Assembly: GCA_900088475.1 (NCBI GenBank)
Contig: FLMG01000591.1
Span: 1-38,909, forward strand
Length of the DNA: 38,909 bases
Source of the DNA: Hyphochytrium catenoides
Taxonomy: Eukaryota; Protista; Hyphochytriomycota
Direction of reading: 5' to 3'
Below are positions 35,689-38,909 of the stretch, piece by piece; position 1 is the first letter of the stretch; each line of letters opens with the position of its first letter. Position numbers and translations under genes: made by a program. Below the pieces are notes generated by a model. The model worked only from the letters and a program-made list of their open reading frames with translations, did not search any database and was not told the origin of the DNA.

Positions 35689-38523
35689 CTAATCACTCTT
35701 CTTGTGCTGGCTGTCCAGATCCGCATGATCCCAGCAGAATAGGATGTAGCAAAGGAAGGGAAGGAGGAAGAGAGGGACAATTGCTACGACAGAGTACGGC
35801 CACCAGTGCTTCCCGAGGCGGTACAGCCGGTTGTGAATGTTATAAATGCCCTCCCGATAGGGTTGCACCTTCCCTGCATCACGAGCGAGAGATGTTATTT
35901 CGGCAAATCGATAAAAAAGATAGAGCGCTCAAAGACGGACACAAAGGGCCAGAGACAGCTAGACGCATGAGGGTTGAAGAGAGAGAAGGTCATACACTCA
36001 CTTCAAAAGCCAGAAATGATCATCAATGCTGGAGGCGGTGCGATGGAAGATGGGGTCGGAAAATGAGCTTTAACAAACCTGAGATAATGTCAATGAGGAA
36101 GGTCTCAACCTCGTCCTCTTCGTCTACCTCACCATCCTCCCAGAATCGTTCATTCTGCGGGTCAGACAGCGGTTGTAAGCACACATCAACATATCAATGC
36201 CCACTTAGCGCTCTAAGCCTTTCGTTCCTCCACCTTTCATAGATGGGTCCCCTGTTGTGTGTTGGCCTACATTGGCATCTTGCCCTCTCTCTTTCTCAAC
36301 TCAATTGGCTCTCACCGGCATATCCAGCACGAGAATGTGAGGTAGCTGGTCGGGGTAGATGTTGAACTGGCTGACGAAGGACTCCCAGCGTACAGCGTCC
36401 AGGTAACCGAAGCGATATCTGAACGAGAAACATCGTCCATGACAAAAGCACAGCGATAAAAAAAGCGGATCCATGCATCCAGGCACAAATACTGGCACAA
36501 GAGAAATAGAACACAGGAACGTGGACAGGACCAGAATGGAAGGAACTAAGGCAGAGGTAGGAACCACCTCAAGAGAAGAACTGCTTTGTCGGAGGTAAAG
36601 ACGCAGCGTTAGGTAAAAGCAGGATGCAGAAGAGCCACAGCACCTTTCTAGAACTTCCTTCGCCAAAGGAGTTTCACTTGGCCTGGAAAGTCTTCTCAGG
36701 CCTCTCAAGAACGGAAGAGTGGCGGAAACATTCTTCGGGTCCACTGCCCCAACTACTAGGAGCCTGCCTCCGTACGCCATGTCATGGAAAGTAAGGGAGC
36801 TCAGCTCATGGAAGGTGGGCAGTCTTTTATCTTCAATCCACTGGAACAAGACGCACAGAATATCAGCAAGGTTCGAGAGCATGGATGGAGAACTAGAGCG
36901 AGGGTCGGTAGCTCAACAAAGAGTCCCATCCAAGTTCAGGGGTACGTTGGCTGAAATCCACCGCCGTCAAGAGCATTATTAAAAGGAAAGCGAGACTTAC
37001 CTCCTCTACCTTTTCTACAGAAGGCAATCCCGAGTAGGCCTCTGGCTCTTCTTCCTCTTCATACCTCATAAGGACGGGGCCAGAGACCCTACAGAGTCCA
37101 TATTTAAGACGAGCAAGATAGCTCGGCAGATAGCCAAGGATATCATCACTGAAGACTGAACCACAAGTGTGAAGGAAAGATTCTAATAGCAATGAAGTGA
37201 ATAGGAGACTAGCTAGGGAGTATGAGCAGGAGGCACATGATTGGAATAGGAACGCACTTGAAGCTGCTCGTAAGTGCCTTGATGACCTCAGGGTCTCTAA
37301 CGCTGCCGAAGCCCTAAAGTAGTAAGTAGATTAGTCACTTGACCCGGAGCGCTAGAGCTGACAAACGGACTGAGAGGAGGGAACGGACGCTCGATACAAC
37401 GAGAGGTGGTGGTATAAGGGCAAGGACACCCCCCAAGCCGCATTAGCTGCTTGGGTGATTAACGGAGTTTGGGAGAGTAAAAGCATTAACAGAGGCCCCA
37501 ATAACTCAAAATCGCACGCGAAGAACACCTGGACCTACCAGGTCTGTGTCTTGGAAGAGCCGCGCAACTCTTCGGAAAGTTTCCAATGTGTCCTCGTCAC
37601 TCTGTGAGGTCAACAAGGAGGTCAGCCTAGGTGTGACATCCATCTCTGCCCATAATGCGGCAACCGAAGACGCAGAGTCCACTCTCCAGCTCCCTCGAGG
37701 CACCCGCCCCACACATAGAAAGGCAAATGATGCACGCAAAACACATGAGAAAAAGACGGCCCGCCAACAGTCGTTATTCCAAAGACAAGCAGTTAGAATT
37801 CCATACCGCAAACGCTATAAAGGAGATATTATGTGCCGAGCGAAAGCTGTCTAAATCTTTTTGTCCTTTCAACTCCTTGACTTCTTGGCTCGACATTTTC
37901 TTGACAAACTTTTGAAAATCTTCCACGGTCCGTCCTCCCTAACCATAAAAAATATGATAGGATGGTTAGGATCAGAGTTGGGACCGTAGAGAGGGCTACG
38001 AGTGTCCAGAGAAGAGACGCGAGAAGAGCGCAAGAAAGCAGAGCCTGCAAGAGAGAAAAGTTCTGTCCTTCAGTGACAGAGACCACAGAGTAGGTATTGT
38101 CAAGTAGGTCTGCTGTGTCAGGGGCGGCTTCTCATTCACCTTATATTGGCGGACCTTTCCGTCCCTCACAAACTTCAGGGTCGGGTATCCCTTAACGCCA
38201 AATCTCTCTCCCAGATCTGTGTGCACAGTGACATCAACGGTACCTACGAAGGTCTGATCAGCTCAAGAGTGATCAAGTATACAGAGAAGCCGATTGAGCG
38301 AAACGCGCAAGATTGGGAAGCCACACGTGAGGGTTATCACATTTAGGAATTGATGGACAAAAGAGGTAAGAGCTGATTTAGCGCCAGACATGGCGAAAGG
38401 AACTTGCAAGCTAGATTAAGAATCATGACTGAAGGAGATCTTACCTATCCTGAGCTTGTCTCCTGTCGACGCCGCAACGTCTCTCAGGACTGGGTCTAGC
38501 TTCCTGCAGTGTTGGCACCATGG
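35689..38523 (-). CDS. TMX3: TMX3-like ER transmembrane thioredoxin/PDI-family protein, 5' end outside the window; exons 38523-38445, 38243-38140, 37938-37807, 37601-37539, 37313-37258, 37088-37001, 36840-36644, 36418-36316, 36154-36079, 35873-35689
   Basis: PWCQHC active site, FGVKGYPTLKF, YK|GGRT, b/b'-like WIEDKRLPTF and YRFGYLD. A single C-terminal TM helix (WWPYSVVAIVPLFLLPFLCYILFC) is followed by a KKxx ER-retrieval terminus (HKKSD*). Confidence 0.85.
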
Positions 38524-38909
38524 CTAAGAGGGCAAAGATGCAGATCATGAGGATAAAAGCTTACTAAACGACGAGATAGACACAAAGAGCGGAAACTGGA
38601 GGGAGAAGGAAGCGTAGAAGGTTGGAGCATCTGAGAGTCCTTAAGAAAGCCTTGCGGAGAGGAGGACGGGAGGCCACAACACAAGCTGTATGTGAATTGC
38701 GAGAGCGGAGAGAGACTAGGTGGGAACATTAGCGAAGACATAACGTGGAACAAACAGTGAAGATCTAACAGCAAAGACATCGGACTGAGAGCAACACACA
38801 GGAAGATCTGCTGAGGCTGATACTATCAATCAAAGTGGGAAGGGAAATAGGTGTACAGGAGGGGCGACAGTCCATTTCAAGGTCCTTTCCCTCTAAGATA
38901 TACTGAGTA

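Overview
Intron-rich eukaryotic DNA with GT-AG introns of about 60-370 nt, many CT/GA tracts and two short N gaps. The style and gene set suggest a flagellate-capable protist, possibly a stramenopile alga, but that is inference. Five spliced genes can be rebuilt by hand. (1) A minus-strand ABCB-type half transporter, about 1211 aa, with an unusual N-terminal extension: a degenerate voltage-sensor-like four-helix bundle followed by an EF-hand-like pair. It also has a long disordered C-tail. (2) Minus-strand PACRG. (3) A plus-strand CHK2-like SQ/TQ-FHA kinase. (4) A plus-strand USP9X/USP24/USP34-like deubiquitinase of about 41 exons, whose internal ubiquitin-like domain appears replaced by a cluster of CDK-consensus sites. 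(5) A minus-strand TMX3-like thioredoxin membrane protein (WCQHC, C-terminal KKSD) whose 5' end lies beyond the window. A decayed cation-diffusion-facilitator pseudogene sits at about 7.25-7.84 kb. The best novelty candidate is the sensor-like/EF-hand-like/ABC fusion. All exon coordinates are manual predictions; no searches were run.
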